From Desulfobacterales bacterium (GTDB lineage Bacteria > Desulfobacterota > Desulfobacteria > Desulfobacterales > UBA2245), in the NCBI GenBank assembly GCA_040771865.1, contig JAXGZF010000009.1, positions 62,001-126,000 on the forward strand: a stretch of 64,000 nucleotides of DNA, given 5' to 3'. Position 1 is the first letter of the stretch. Each line of letters opens with the position of its first letter. The notes beneath the pieces were generated by a model that saw only the letters and a program-made list of their open reading frames with translations, had not been told where the DNA came from and did no database searches. The position numbers and the translations under genes were made by a program. Positions 1-9,646 of this stretch are shown one piece after another.

Positions 1-1
1 T

Positions 2-1213
2 GGGCAGCCCGTAAATCTCGCGCAGAACATTGGCCGGAGAGTTGGGATCGTAGTCTTCCTGTTCGCTGTAGCGTGCGTTCAGGTAATTCTCGAAGTAAAT
101 CTTGTTGAGCGGCAGCGGCTCACCCAGCATCTCCGTATTGTTTTTGCAGCTGGCCAGCCCCAGATCGGCGCCCACATCCTCGATCTTCACCCGTTCCATC
201 CTGCCTGCCGCTGATTTGCCGGGTTCAACGTAGAGCAGCGGCGCCTGCTTGTTCATGAAAATGATGTTGTTGTCGATTTTGATCCATTCGTTCAGATTGC
301 CTCGGGTGTGATCAATGCCGGTCAGCACATTGCAGCCGATGAGATTGTCATGAATATCGTACGACAGCATGGTCATGATGCGAACACCGTAGCCCATATC
401 CGCAAAATCCTTCAGACGGCTCCAGGTGAACATGATGGTGTTGCTGGCGATCTCCACATGCCCGTCTTTTGAGATGGGGCCCTTGGGACCCTTCTTTCCG
501 CCTGTTCCGAAAATTTCAATCGCGGCCATTTTATTGGCCATAAACACATTGTTGAGTATTTTTACGGTTCCTTTTTTCAGGCCGCCCTGAATGCCGAAAT
601 GGCCGTTTAGAAAAGCACAGTTGCGGATGGTGATATCGCCTTCGACTTTTGCATTGACCTTGTTGGTGAAGCATACCAGCGGTTCGTGCACCGTGCTGTT
701 GCCGGTAGAAGGTTTTTCGGTTTCAGAAAGAAGGCGACCGCCCAGGTTTTCGATAACGCCATCTTTCGGAGAATAGGCATTCTGATCACCCCTGTCGAAG
801 ATGAAACCGTCCAAAATGAAATGGCTGCCGGCCGGCACGTTGAGTATGCTCAACAACGGCTTTCTGCCGCTGGCCGCAGAATCATTGTTCGGCGCCACGA
901 CGGTCGAATACTGAATTAGATCCCTGGCCGAAAAATCAGACGCATAACCGCCCATCAGCTCTACAGGCTGGGGAGCTTCCAGAAACCCCTTGTCCCGCAG
1001 GCCGGTGTAGTTGCCCTGCGCCACGAATATTTTGTCGCCCGGCTTTGCCGCCTTAAACGCCGATTCAAGATTTTTAAAAGGCGCGTCCCTGGTGCCGGCA
1101 TTCTGATTATCGCCCCTGTCCTTGGCTACATACAGATCTGCTGCGTTGACGGAAATCATACAGGCAAAAAAAGCAACCGACACAAACAAAGCTATTTTGA
1201 CTGAACGAAGCAT
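2..1213 (-). CDS. Secreted DUF1565-like / right-handed beta-helix protein (3' end runs off the window)
   Basis: Not in the ORF track, so read by hand. ATG at 1213 after an AAGGAG RBS gives MLRSVKIALFVSVAFFACMISVNAADLYVAKDRGDNQNAGTRDAPFKNLESAFKAAKPGDKIFVAQGNY: a signal peptide, then the 'YV..GD..N.GT...PFK.L..A...A.PGD.I.V..G.Y' start typical of beta-helix proteins. Confidence 0.75.
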   Translation of the reverse strand, partial: MLRSVKIALFVSVAFFACMISVNAADLYVAKDRGDNQNAGTRDAPFKNLESAFKAAKPGDKIFVAQGNYTGLRDKGFLEAPQPVELMGGYASDFSARDLIQYSTVVAPNNDSAASGRKPLLSILNVPAGSHFILDGFIFDRGDQNAYSPKDGVIENLGGRLLSETEKPSTGNSTVHEPLVCFTNKVNAKVEGDITIRNCAFLNGHFGIQGGLKKGTVKILNNVFMANKMAAIEIFGTGGKKGPKGPISKDGHVEIASNTIMFTWSRLKDFADMGYGVRIMTMLSYDIHDNLIGCNVLTGIDHTRGNLNEWIKIDNNIIFMNKQAPLLYVEPGKSAAGRMERVKIEDVGADLGLASCKNNTEMLGEPLPLNKIYFENYLNARYSEQEDYDPNSPANVLREIYGLP

Positions 1214-1360
1214 AAGTGTTCTCCTTCTCGTTAATAAAAGATGCCTTGCTGATGGCTGTTTTCGAAGAGCGACTCAAGGTTGAAAGACCTATCAATTGCG
1301 AAAGAAGACCTTTTAATTCCAATATGATGGACTGTGGCGAGGCTGTATCGTCAGACGGTT

Positions 1361-1867
1361 TCATTCTCCCTCAAACTTATCCTTAAGCTCCGAAATTTCC
1401 CTTCTTAACCGCGTATTTTCTTCGGTGGTTTCACGAAGCCGTTTGGCGAGTACTTCCGCAAACAAACGGTAAATGCTGTAGCTCAAAAAGACCTCATTGG
1501 TTTTCATCTTCCGGTCCAGAAGAGCGGCATCCAGCCCCAGAACCAGCGAATTTTCAAGAGCCCGGACCGATGCGGACCGGGGCGAACCGTCAATAACGCC
1601 CATTTCCCCGAACAGATCCCCGCTTCGATCCAGCGTACCGATCACCTTGTCTCCCTTGACGATCTCCAGAACGCCAAGAATTAAAAAATATACCGATGAG
1701 TCATAGTCGCCCTCGCGAATCAGCACCTCTCCGGCCATGCATTCCCTGATTTTGGCAAGCTGCTGAAACGTATGCAGATCATTGTCGGAAAACATATCGA
1801 AATTCTTGAGTTTCCTCAGAATACGAATCATGCGGTCATCGTTGTGACCAAATACAATCTCTTTCAT
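1361..1867 (-). CDS. Cyclic nucleotide-binding domain protein (no HTH; C-terminal coiled coil)
   Basis: LIREGD...LFGEMG..DGSPRSASVRA cNMP-binding motifs; GGAGGT RBS. Confidence 0.9.
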   Translation of the reverse strand: MKEIVFGHNDDRMIRILRKLKNFDMFSDNDLHTFQQLAKIRECMAGEVLIREGDYDSSVYFLILGVLEIVKGDKVIGTLDRSGDLFGEMGVIDGSPRSASVRALENSLVLGLDAALLDRKMKTNEVFLSYSIYRLFAEVLAKRLRETTEENTRLRREISELKDKFEGE

Positions 1868-2021
1868 TCCGACCTCCGGCGACAGGCGTTTTTTTAAAAC
1901 TCAATTACCACAGAAAACAAACTCTGTCGTCGGTATTTTTCGTTCATTGTCTGTCTTTGCCGCCATGCCGGCACGCCGCAGGCAACCGCGCTTTGCATTC
2001 AAACCAGAAAGGTATTTCCGT

Positions 2022-2050
2022 TTGACAGGCATTCCGTGATCCCCTATAAA
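2022..2050 (+). promoter_or_regulatory. Sigma70-type promoter of the thiW operon
   Basis: TTGACA (2022-2027), 17-nt spacer, TATAAA (2045-2050). Confidence 0.7.
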
Positions 2051-2056
2051 TCGGCT

Positions 2057-2180
2057 GAACCGAAGCGGGAAAAGCGGGTTGGAAAACAGGCCCGTGAATT
2101 CAGGGCTAATGTCGCAGGGAGGCGCCGCCGCCAGTTTTCGCTCAATTCAAGTCTGTTTCCGGGCGGAAGGGTTTTTTTCA
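2057..2180 (+). promoter_or_regulatory. Degenerate TPP-riboswitch-like leader with weak terminator-like hairpin and T-run
   Basis: CCCGTGAA...GGGCTAATGTCGCAGGGA resembles the 3' half of the TPP aptamer, but the CTGAGA core is missing. It lies between the promoter and thiW and ends in TTCC-GGGC-GGAA...TTTTTTT. Confidence 0.4.
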
Positions 2181-2211
2181 GCTTCGATCATTGGCAAACA
2201 GGGGATGCACG

Positions 2212-2697
2212 ATGAATAACTCAAGAATGGTGGCGCGCGCCGTTATTCTGATCGCCGTGGCCGTTGTCCTGTCTCCGTTTCATATTCCCGTGGGATTTTC
2301 AAAGTGTTTTCCGGCCCAGCACATGGTCAATGTCATCAGCGCCGTGATGCTGGGTCCCTGGTATGCCATGGGTGTGGCTTTTCTTGCCGCAGTGATTCGC
2401 AATCTTTTGGGATGGGGCACCCTTCTGGCATTTCCGGGTGGTATGCTCGGAGCGCTTCTGGCGGGTCTGGCCTACCGGGCGTCAAAAAACATCTATGCCG
2501 CCGGCCTCGGCGAGCTGATCGGAACCGGCGTTCTCGGCGCCCTGGCAAGCGTGTGGATTGTCGGGCCGCATCTGATGCATAAACCCCTGGCCGCCGGAAC
2601 CATGATCGTCGCTTTCAGCATCAGCAGCCTGGGAGGCGCCCTGATTGGAGTGATCGCCTTGAAAATGTTGGAAAAAACAGGAATCTGGAACGTTTGA
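2212..2697 (+). CDS. thiW: ECF transporter S component for thiazole/thiamine precursor, ThiW
   Basis: KCFPAQHMVNVISAVMLGPWYA...IRNLLG.GTLLAFPGGMLGALLAG...GELIGTG ThiW signature. Start placed at ATG 2212 after GGGGA. Confidence 0.9.
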   Translation: MNNSRMVARAVILIAVAVVLSPFHIPVGFSKCFPAQHMVNVISAVMLGPWYAMGVAFLAAVIRNLLGWGTLLAFPGGMLGALLAGLAYRASKNIYAAGLGELIGTGVLGALASVWIVGPHLMHKPLAAGTMIVAFSISSLGGALIGVIALKMLEKTGIWNV

Positions 2698-4157
2698 TTC
2701 GGCTCTCCGACATATGGTACCGCTATCCGTCTTCTGAATGGGCGCTCAAGGAGATCGGTCTTGAAACGCCGCAGGGACAGTATCTGGTGATCTGCGGGGG
2801 CAACGGATCCGGAAAATCCACCCTGGGGTATCTTCTGAACGGCCTTGCGCCGCACTTTTTCGGCGGCGTGCTTCAGGGATCGGTTTATATCGACGACACT
2901 TCCATTGACGGGCAAACCCCCTCGGATCTGCTCGCCACGGTGGGCCTGGTGTTTCAGAACGCCGACGCCCAGCTGTTCAACACAACGGTTGAAGACGAAA
3001 TCGCCTTCGGCCTGGAAAGCCTGGGGCTTCCCCCGGATCAGATCGAACGCAGGATTCAGGACATCGCCCGCGCCCTGGAAATCGAAGACCTGCTGCACCG
3101 CTCTCCCATGGAGCTTTCCGGCGGGGAGAAGCGTCTGGTTGCGGTGGCGTCGGTACTGTGCCTGAATCCTAAAGTCCTGGTGCTCGACGAACCCTTTGCC
3201 AATCTGGACGGATACGGCGCCGGACTGCTTCGTAAAATCCTACAGCGCATTCACCAGCAGGGCCGGAATCTGGTGGTCATCGAACAGGTCATCGGTTCTT
3301 TTCTGGAAGACGCCGACCGGTGCATCGTGATCGAAGAAGGACGAATCGTTTCCGATGGTCCGGCTCGAAACGCCCGAAGCTTTTTGCGCGAAAAGCGTCT
3401 CATTCCTGGTTATCCGAGAAGGGACCCTGCCCCACCGCCGAGAACCGACCCGGTGCTCAGCGTCCGAAATATCTGCTGCAGGATTCAGGACCGCCCCCTG
3501 CTTGAAAACATATCCTTTGAGCTCAGACAGGGGGAGGCTGTTTCACTCATCGGCCGGAACGGCGCGGGAAAAACCACCCTGATCAAGCATCTGAACGGGC
3601 TTTCCAGGCCGGTTTCCGGGGAGGTGCTGTTCCGTGGTGAAAACATCGCTTCAAAGTCCCCCGAGCAGATGGCCTCGCGGGTGGGCATGTCTTTTCAAAA
3701 TGCCAATGACCAGTTTTTTAAATCCACCGTAAAGGAAGAGCTGGCCGCAGGACCGCGCATGCTGGGGAAAAACCACGATGCATGGATTCGGGAAATCTGC
3801 GACCTCTTTGACCTGAACGCGTTTCTAGAAAAATCACCCTACCGGCTAAGCGAGGGTGAAAAAAAGCGTACGGCCATTGCCTCGATTCTGGCCATGAAGC
3901 CCGAGCTTCTGATTCTCGATGAACCCGCCGCCGGTCAGGACGGCCGTTTTCGGGAAAAGCTGGCCGCCGTGCTGAACACCCTGGAAAACCGGGGAAGCAC
4001 AATTCTCATCGTCACACACGATCTGATCTTTGCCGGCGCCGTCACCGACCGCTGGATACTGCTTGAAAACGGCGCCATTCGGGCCGACGGGCCCCCTCAT
4101 ATGATCCATGGTCATCCGGCCCTGTACGAGAACCCCATCAACGGTCACGTGAGTTGA
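2694..4157 (+). CDS. ECF transporter fused double ATPase (A-A')
   Basis: Two Walker A motifs (GGNGSGKS, GRNGAGKT), LSGGE/LSEGE signatures, two LDEP Walker B motifs, FQN.D.Q Q-helix. Confidence 0.92.
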   Translation: MIRLSDIWYRYPSSEWALKEIGLETPQGQYLVICGGNGSGKSTLGYLLNGLAPHFFGGVLQGSVYIDDTSIDGQTPSDLLATVGLVFQNADAQLFNTTVEDEIAFGLESLGLPPDQIERRIQDIARALEIEDLLHRSPMELSGGEKRLVAVASVLCLNPKVLVLDEPFANLDGYGAGLLRKILQRIHQQGRNLVVIEQVIGSFLEDADRCIVIEEGRIVSDGPARNARSFLREKRLIPGYPRRDPAPPPRTDPVLSVRNICCRIQDRPLLENISFELRQGEAVSLIGRNGAGKTTLIKHLNGLSRPVSGEVLFRGENIASKSPEQMASRVGMSFQNANDQFFKSTVKEELAAGPRMLGKNHDAWIREICDLFDLNAFLEKSPYRLSEGEKKRTAIASILAMKPELLILDEPAAGQDGRFREKLAAVLNTLENRGSTILIVTHDLIFAGAVTDRWILLENGAIRADGPPHMIHGHPALYENPINGHVS

Positions 4158-4163
4158 AATTTC

Positions 4164-4847
4164 ATGGTAAAGCCTTCAGGAAAAATCAGCCTTCACCCGG
4201 TCACCCGTCTTTTTCTCTCTCTGGGGCTGATCGCGGCCGTTCTGATGGTTCGAAACATGACCTCGCTTTACTGCCAATGCCTTGCGATTCTGCTGTATCT
4301 GCTCTTTTTTGAAGAACGTGCAAAAAGGAAACAGATCGTGACGCTGACCGCTCCCATGGCGATTCTGGCGGCCGCCATGACATGGATCACTCTGGACGCC
4401 AAAACCGCGCTTTTTCTGACCCTGCGCTTCTGGAACCTGATGACCGTATCGGCCCTTTGTTTTCAGCGCATCGGGGCCGAGGACATGGCCGTCGCCCTGA
4501 GAACACTCAAAACGCCCTATTCCATCGTCTTCATGCTCACCTCCTCCATGCGCTACATTCCGCTGATTCGAATTCGGGTTCGGCATATTATCGAAGCCCA
4601 GAAATCCCGGGGCATCGACCTGCGTTTTCGGTTGAAGAACATCTCCAATATCTTTGCCCTGTTTCTGCCTTTGCTGGTTCAGTGCCTGATGCTTTCCGAA
4701 GAGATGGCCATGGCCATGGAATGCCGGGGGTTTTCCAGAAAAGGACGCACGCTGCGGCGCCGCAGCCGCCTTCAGGCCAAAGACTATCTTGTCATGGCCT
4801 GCGGCCTGATTCTGCTGCTCTTGCTGTATCAATGGGAATTTCGATAA
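4164..4847 (+). CDS. ECF transporter transmembrane T component
   Basis: EAQKSRG and AMECRGF conserved XRG motifs; hydrophobic; in operon with S and A components. Confidence 0.9.
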   Translation: MVKPSGKISLHPVTRLFLSLGLIAAVLMVRNMTSLYCQCLAILLYLLFFEERAKRKQIVTLTAPMAILAAAMTWITLDAKTALFLTLRFWNLMTVSALCFQRIGAEDMAVALRTLKTPYSIVFMLTSSMRYIPLIRIRVRHIIEAQKSRGIDLRFRLKNISNIFALFLPLLVQCLMLSEEMAMAMECRGFSRKGRTLRRRSRLQAKDYLVMACGLILLLLLYQWEFR

Positions 4848-4978
4848 ACAACGAAACCGGCTGATGCACGGCAACACGTTACCATATATAATAATATACG
4901 ATATCAAAAGGTTATACTGTTTTTGCCTCGGCATTTGGTGCTTTTCAAATCGTATCAAGTGTGTTAAGTGAACGGAAT

Positions 4979-5782
4979 ATGAGCCATATCATCTGCATCG
5001 CCAGCCAGAAAGGCGGCACCGGCAAGACCACCACCACGGTAAACCTGGCCGCGTCCCTTGCCCTGTTTGAAAAGTACACCCTGGTCATCGACTGCGATCC
5101 CCAGGGCAATGCCACCACCGGCCTGGGCATCGACAAGAAAAAACTTCAATGGGATCTGTATGATGTGCTGGTCGGCAAAGCGTCCGCCAAAAAAGCGGTA
5201 GTTTCCACGGCCATGAATTATCTGGACGTGCTGCCCGCCAGGTTTCATCTCCATCAGATGGAAAACCCTCTGGCGACAGAATCCCGCCGGCAGCGAATTT
5301 TGAAAACCCGCCTTTACACCCTGACCGCCCGTTATGATTTCATCCTGATCGATACGCCGCCATCCCTGGGTTTTCTGACGCTCACCGCCCTGACGGCCGC
5401 CAGCTGGCTGATAATACCCCTTCAGTGCCAGCTCTACGCTCTCGAAGGATTGGGCCAGCTGCTGGCCGTCGTACATGAAGTCCGGAAAGAGTTGAACCGG
5501 GAACTGAAGATCGCGGGCGTTCTGCTGACCATGTGCGAAAGGAAATCCGCCGAGCCGGATCCGATCGTGACCCGGATTTCGGACAAGTTTCAGAAAAAAA
5601 TTTTCAATACCACAATTCCGCGCGATTCCCTGATCCGGGATTCGTCCAATTTTTCAAAGCCCCTGGCCCTGCATGACATTCTGGCCAGGGGAACAGCGGC
5701 ATATCTGGATCTGGCCGACGAATTAATCCAGCTCTTTCAGAATGAAAACAATCTTCAAATAAACATCGAAAATCCAAATTGA
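4979..5782 (+). CDS. ParA/Soj-family ATPase (orphan; no parB adjacent)
   Basis: Deviant Walker A KGGTGKTT, IDCDPQGNAT, ILIDTPPSLG, YALEGL. Confidence 0.9.
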   Translation: MSHIICIASQKGGTGKTTTTVNLAASLALFEKYTLVIDCDPQGNATTGLGIDKKKLQWDLYDVLVGKASAKKAVVSTAMNYLDVLPARFHLHQMENPLATESRRQRILKTRLYTLTARYDFILIDTPPSLGFLTLTALTAASWLIIPLQCQLYALEGLGQLLAVVHEVRKELNRELKIAGVLLTMCERKSAEPDPIVTRISDKFQKKIFNTTIPRDSLIRDSSNFSKPLALHDILARGTAAYLDLADELIQLFQNENNLQINIENPN

Positions 5783-5797
5783 ATTAAGGGGGAACCC

Positions 5798-6217
5798 GTG
5801 AAACTTACCGACACCCAACTGATCAAGGCCAAGGAAAAAGAGCTGATCCGCTCCATCACGAAGGATCTGGACTGGCGGATGATTCGAAACATTTTCCGCG
5901 AAAAGCGCCAGCTGGAACTCGGAGATTCCGTGACCTACAAGCACGGAGACATGGTGGTGCGCAACAACGACATCGCCTATCAGCTGGAGTTTGAGGTCAA
6001 GGTCTCTCTGAACGTCATTCTGGACAGAGCGGGCAATTATCTTTCCTGCACCACATCGGCGGATGTTCCGGAACCTGTGGAAGTGGTTGAAGAAAACACG
6101 GCCGAAAAGCCGGCGCCCGAAAGCCCGACGGCGGACCCCAAGCTTGAACCGCAGGAAAATATTTCCGAAATGGCTTCCCAGCTGGCCAGCATGATCTCCG
6201 AAATCAACGAGGAATAG
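5798..6217 (+). CDS. Hypothetical protein with acidic, Pro-rich C-terminal half
   Basis: 139-aa ORF, GTG start with AGGGGG RBS, 15 nt after the ParA stop. Confidence 0.7.
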   Translation: MKLTDTQLIKAKEKELIRSITKDLDWRMIRNIFREKRQLELGDSVTYKHGDMVVRNNDIAYQLEFEVKVSLNVILDRAGNYLSCTTSADVPEPVEVVEENTAEKPAPESPTADPKLEPQENISEMASQLASMISEINEE

Positions 6218-6246
6218 CCGGAGGAAATGACGGACGCTTCGCGTTT

Positions 6247-6630
6247 TTACGCCAGCACGTGTTTATCCAGAACAAAACACGAAAAAACGCCGGTAAAGAC
6301 AGGTTCTCCGCTTCGGGTCACCTGTACGGAGACGGTGTGCTTTTTGCCCTGGACAGCGTCCACCTGCGCTTCCGCGACGAGCGTCTGCCCGACCTGAACC
6401 GGTTTGAGAAATCTGCACTCGGCGGAACCCAGAACCACATTGGGATCATTGACCGCGATCATGGCCGCGTAATCCGCCAGACCGAAAACAAACCCGCCGT
6501 GAACCAGCCCCCTGGCATCCACAGCCATCTCCTGCAAGGGCGTCAGTTCCACGCGGCTGCATCCTGATTCCACGCTGACCGCCCGGCCGCACAGCCCGGC
6601 ATTGATTAACTCATGGGTCTGTATTTTCAT
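6247..6630 (-). CDS. PaaI-family hotdog thioesterase
   Basis: GLVHGGFVFGLADYAAM motif; FLKPV.VG. Confidence 0.88.
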   Translation of the reverse strand: MKIQTHELINAGLCGRAVSVESGCSRVELTPLQEMAVDARGLVHGGFVFGLADYAAMIAVNDPNVVLGSAECRFLKPVQVGQTLVAEAQVDAVQGKKHTVSVQVTRSGEPVFTGVFSCFVLDKHVLA

Positions 6631-6643
6631 GATACCTCTCTTT

Positions 6644-9142
6644 TTAAGATTTTCGATAATCCAGCGCCTCCCGGACGCATCGGGCCATATTGTCTAGGGA
6701 TATCGGCTTGTAAAAAAACTTTCGAATCCCCATGGCCAGCGCCTTGTGTTCGGTGATTCGATCGCTGTATCCCGTGCAGAGCACGATCGGAATATCCGGC
6801 GCAACGGCCAGAATTTTGGACGCCAGGACATCGCCGGTCATTCCGGGCATGGTCATGTCCGTAATCACCAGATCAAAATCGTCCGGCGACTTCTGAAACA
6901 TCTCAAGGGCTTTACAGCTGTCGGTGCATGTCTCCACCCGGTATCCGAGGTATTCCAGAGCGCTTTGAGCGATTTCGGCAATGTTGGATTCGTCGTCGAC
7001 AAAAAGAATGCGTTCCGTTCCGGTCGGCGGATTCGCATCTTTGACAGCTCCGGAACCGGCCGTCTCTTCGTTTGAGCACGGCAGGAACACGTAAAAAGCG
7101 CTCCCTTTGCCCGGAGCGCTTTCCACCCGGATCATTCCGCGGTGAGACTTGACGATGGCATGCACCACGGCGAGCCCCAATCCGGTCCCTCTGCCCTTGG
7201 TGGTAAAATAAGGATCAAAAATCTTATTCACGATTTCCGACGTCATGCCGCATCCGGTATCCCGAACGCTGATCTGGGCATAGGGGCCGGGCGGCAGATC
7301 CGGAAAAGACGCTGTGTCTGCTTCCGTAATATCGACCTGCCTGATTACCACCTCGATGGTTCCAGAATGGTCGCCGATGGCATGGGCCGCATTGGTCAGC
7401 AGGTTCATCAGAACCTGATGCATCTGGGTGGCGTTGGCACGGACCACGATGGGTCCGGACTGAATATTCTGGCGAATCGTCAACGTGGCGGGCAGAGAAG
7501 CGCGAAGCAGCTTGAGGCTTTCCTGCATGACGCCCTGAATATGAAGCGGTTTCATATGCTGATCGGATTTTCGGCTGAAGGACAGGATCTGCTGAACCAG
7601 ATCCCTGGCCCGCTCGCTGGATTGAATAACCTTTTCCAGCGGATTGATCATCGCGGGCTGATTGGCTCTGGCCATGGCGATCTCGGTATAGCCGATGATC
7701 GAAGAGAGAACGTTGTTGAAATCGTGGGCGATTCCGCCGGCCAGCGTGCCGATGGCCTCCATCTTCTGAGCCTGCATCAGCTGTCTTTGAAGGCTTTGCT
7801 TTTCCTGATCCGCCCGCTTATCGGCCGTGATGTCCCGCCCGATGGACTGGTATTCCACTATCTGCATCCGGTCGTTGAAAATCGCCCGGTCGGTCCATTC
7901 CTGCCACCGCATGCCGCCGTCCGGAGCGATCACCTGGTGCTCGTAAGTCACCATGGGATGATCCGGATTCAAGCCGTCGTAATGTTTACGCACGCCGGGA
8001 CGGTCTTTTTCGGGAATGAACTGGAAAAAGTTCGCTCCGATCAACTCAGATGCATTTTTGTTGAAATAACCGCAATAAAGGTCATTGACAAAGGTCAGCG
8101 TTCCGTCCGGAAGAAAGCGGCAGACCATGGCGGGCATATCATCCACCAGGGTGCGATACCGGTCCTGGCTTTGACGAAGAGCGCGCCGGGTCTTATGGGC
8201 CTCGATCGTCTTGCCGATAACCTTTGTGATCGTTCTGAGAATATCCGCATCGTCGATTTTCCAGTCGATCAACCGGGTTGCACCGAACTGAATGAATCCG
8301 TAAAACGTATTCAGCGCGCAAAGGGGAACAACCAGAACCGACCGGATGTTTTCAAGGCCCAAACTGGCTTTCAGAAACTCGTCTCCACTGTCCTCTAGAT
8401 TCGAAAAGACAAGAATCTCTCCGGCTTTCAGCCGCCGAATCCATTTGGAAATCGGCCCGGCGGGCAGATTCTGAAGGCGATCTGTATTTAAAATCTCACC
8501 TTCCCGGGCCCATTCACTTATGCGGCAAATAGAGTCGGTCTCATCGCAACAGCGAAACAGATACGCGCAACCGGCTTCCAGAGCGGTTCCCAGCAGTGCC
8601 AGGCAGTCTTTGAAAAACCGGGAGATGTCATCCGCCAAAACCGAACGGCTTGAAATATCAGACAGAACCTTTTCCAGAAGCAGACGGCGCCGAAGCCCGG
8701 CATCAGCCTCGTTTCGGACATGAATTTCAACGGCCATCTCATATCGAACCGTTCTGCCGTCCGGCCACTGCATTGCCTTGGAATAACCCTGGAACCATCC
8801 CCCCAGTGCCGGATTGAAAAAGTTGCGGATTTTCAAGGCATGCGGCGTGGCGGAAAAAATAGTGGAAATATCGCAATTTGAGCAGGGAATATCCAGTCCG
8901 TAAAACGCCTGAAAACACTTTTTCCCGAGCACATCCGCGCCGCAGGCTTTTCTGACCGCCTGACTGGCGTAGAGCATTTCATGGGTATCTGGATCCGTTA
9001 CATAAACATAAATGCCCGAATCCAGATCGTCAAAAACAGACTTCCAGGCCGGTTCGCTTTTCAAATGCGGTTCCTCGGGCGTTTCCTGTTTTGAATTCTG
9101 GAATCTGCAATTGTTGTTTGGAAAATTCGAACCATTCTGCAT
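6644..9142 (-). CDS. Hybrid sensor histidine kinase (PAS-GAF-PAS-HisKA-HATPase-REC)
   Basis: AIGTLAGGIAHDFNN H-box, MNLLTNA N-box, DTGCGM, GTGLGL, receiver FVDDE...ITDMTMP. Confidence 0.92.
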   Translation of the reverse strand: MQNGSNFPNNNCRFQNSKQETPEEPHLKSEPAWKSVFDDLDSGIYVYVTDPDTHEMLYASQAVRKACGADVLGKKCFQAFYGLDIPCSNCDISTIFSATPHALKIRNFFNPALGGWFQGYSKAMQWPDGRTVRYEMAVEIHVRNEADAGLRRRLLLEKVLSDISSRSVLADDISRFFKDCLALLGTALEAGCAYLFRCCDETDSICRISEWAREGEILNTDRLQNLPAGPISKWIRRLKAGEILVFSNLEDSGDEFLKASLGLENIRSVLVVPLCALNTFYGFIQFGATRLIDWKIDDADILRTITKVIGKTIEAHKTRRALRQSQDRYRTLVDDMPAMVCRFLPDGTLTFVNDLYCGYFNKNASELIGANFFQFIPEKDRPGVRKHYDGLNPDHPMVTYEHQVIAPDGGMRWQEWTDRAIFNDRMQIVEYQSIGRDITADKRADQEKQSLQRQLMQAQKMEAIGTLAGGIAHDFNNVLSSIIGYTEIAMARANQPAMINPLEKVIQSSERARDLVQQILSFSRKSDQHMKPLHIQGVMQESLKLLRASLPATLTIRQNIQSGPIVVRANATQMHQVLMNLLTNAAHAIGDHSGTIEVVIRQVDITEADTASFPDLPPGPYAQISVRDTGCGMTSEIVNKIFDPYFTTKGRGTGLGLAVVHAIVKSHRGMIRVESAPGKGSAFYVFLPCSNEETAGSGAVKDANPPTGTERILFVDDESNIAEIAQSALEYLGYRVETCTDSCKALEMFQKSPDDFDLVITDMTMPGMTGDVLASKILAVAPDIPIVLCTGYSDRITEHKALAMGIRKFFYKPISLDNMARCVREALDYRKS

Positions 9143-9539
9143 TGAGTATTCTCCCGCCGAATGAAAAGGTTTCCGGCAGCGAGTGATTCGCGGCGTCCGT
9201 TCGGCCCATGGTGAAAAGCAGGTTCACACCATGACGCGCAAACAACGTACCGGCGCATTTTTGTGCCGGAAGGCCCGGTTGTCTGCCGGAGTTTTTTTTA
9301 CAGAAAATCGGGCAGGGACAAAACAGCAATCTCAGATCGGTTGAATTGTCGGAATTTCGGCAGATGGCCTGAGGTTCCGGTAAAGGCAAGTTCTGAAACA
9401 CATCCTGGTTCATTGTCTAAGTGCCCGTACTGATCATGGATGAAAATCGATGTTTTCCATATGAATCGAATACATGACAAAATCCAGATTTTTCCTATTG
9501 AAAATCGATCGCCATGTCAAGCGATAAGGAGGATCGCTG

Positions 9540-9572
9540 TTGACTCAGTTCCCTGTTCCAAAGTAGTATAAT
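9540..9572 (+). promoter_or_regulatory. Sigma70-type promoter upstream of the aminotransferase
   Basis: TTGACT at 9540, followed by overlapping TAGTAT (18-nt spacer) and TATAAT. Confidence 0.5.
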
Positions 9573-9646
9573 CAAAAATTTACGCGGGGTTGAAAGGATC
9601 GACTCAAAGCGAGCCCTTATGATTTCAACCTTGAACCGGAGCGCGC

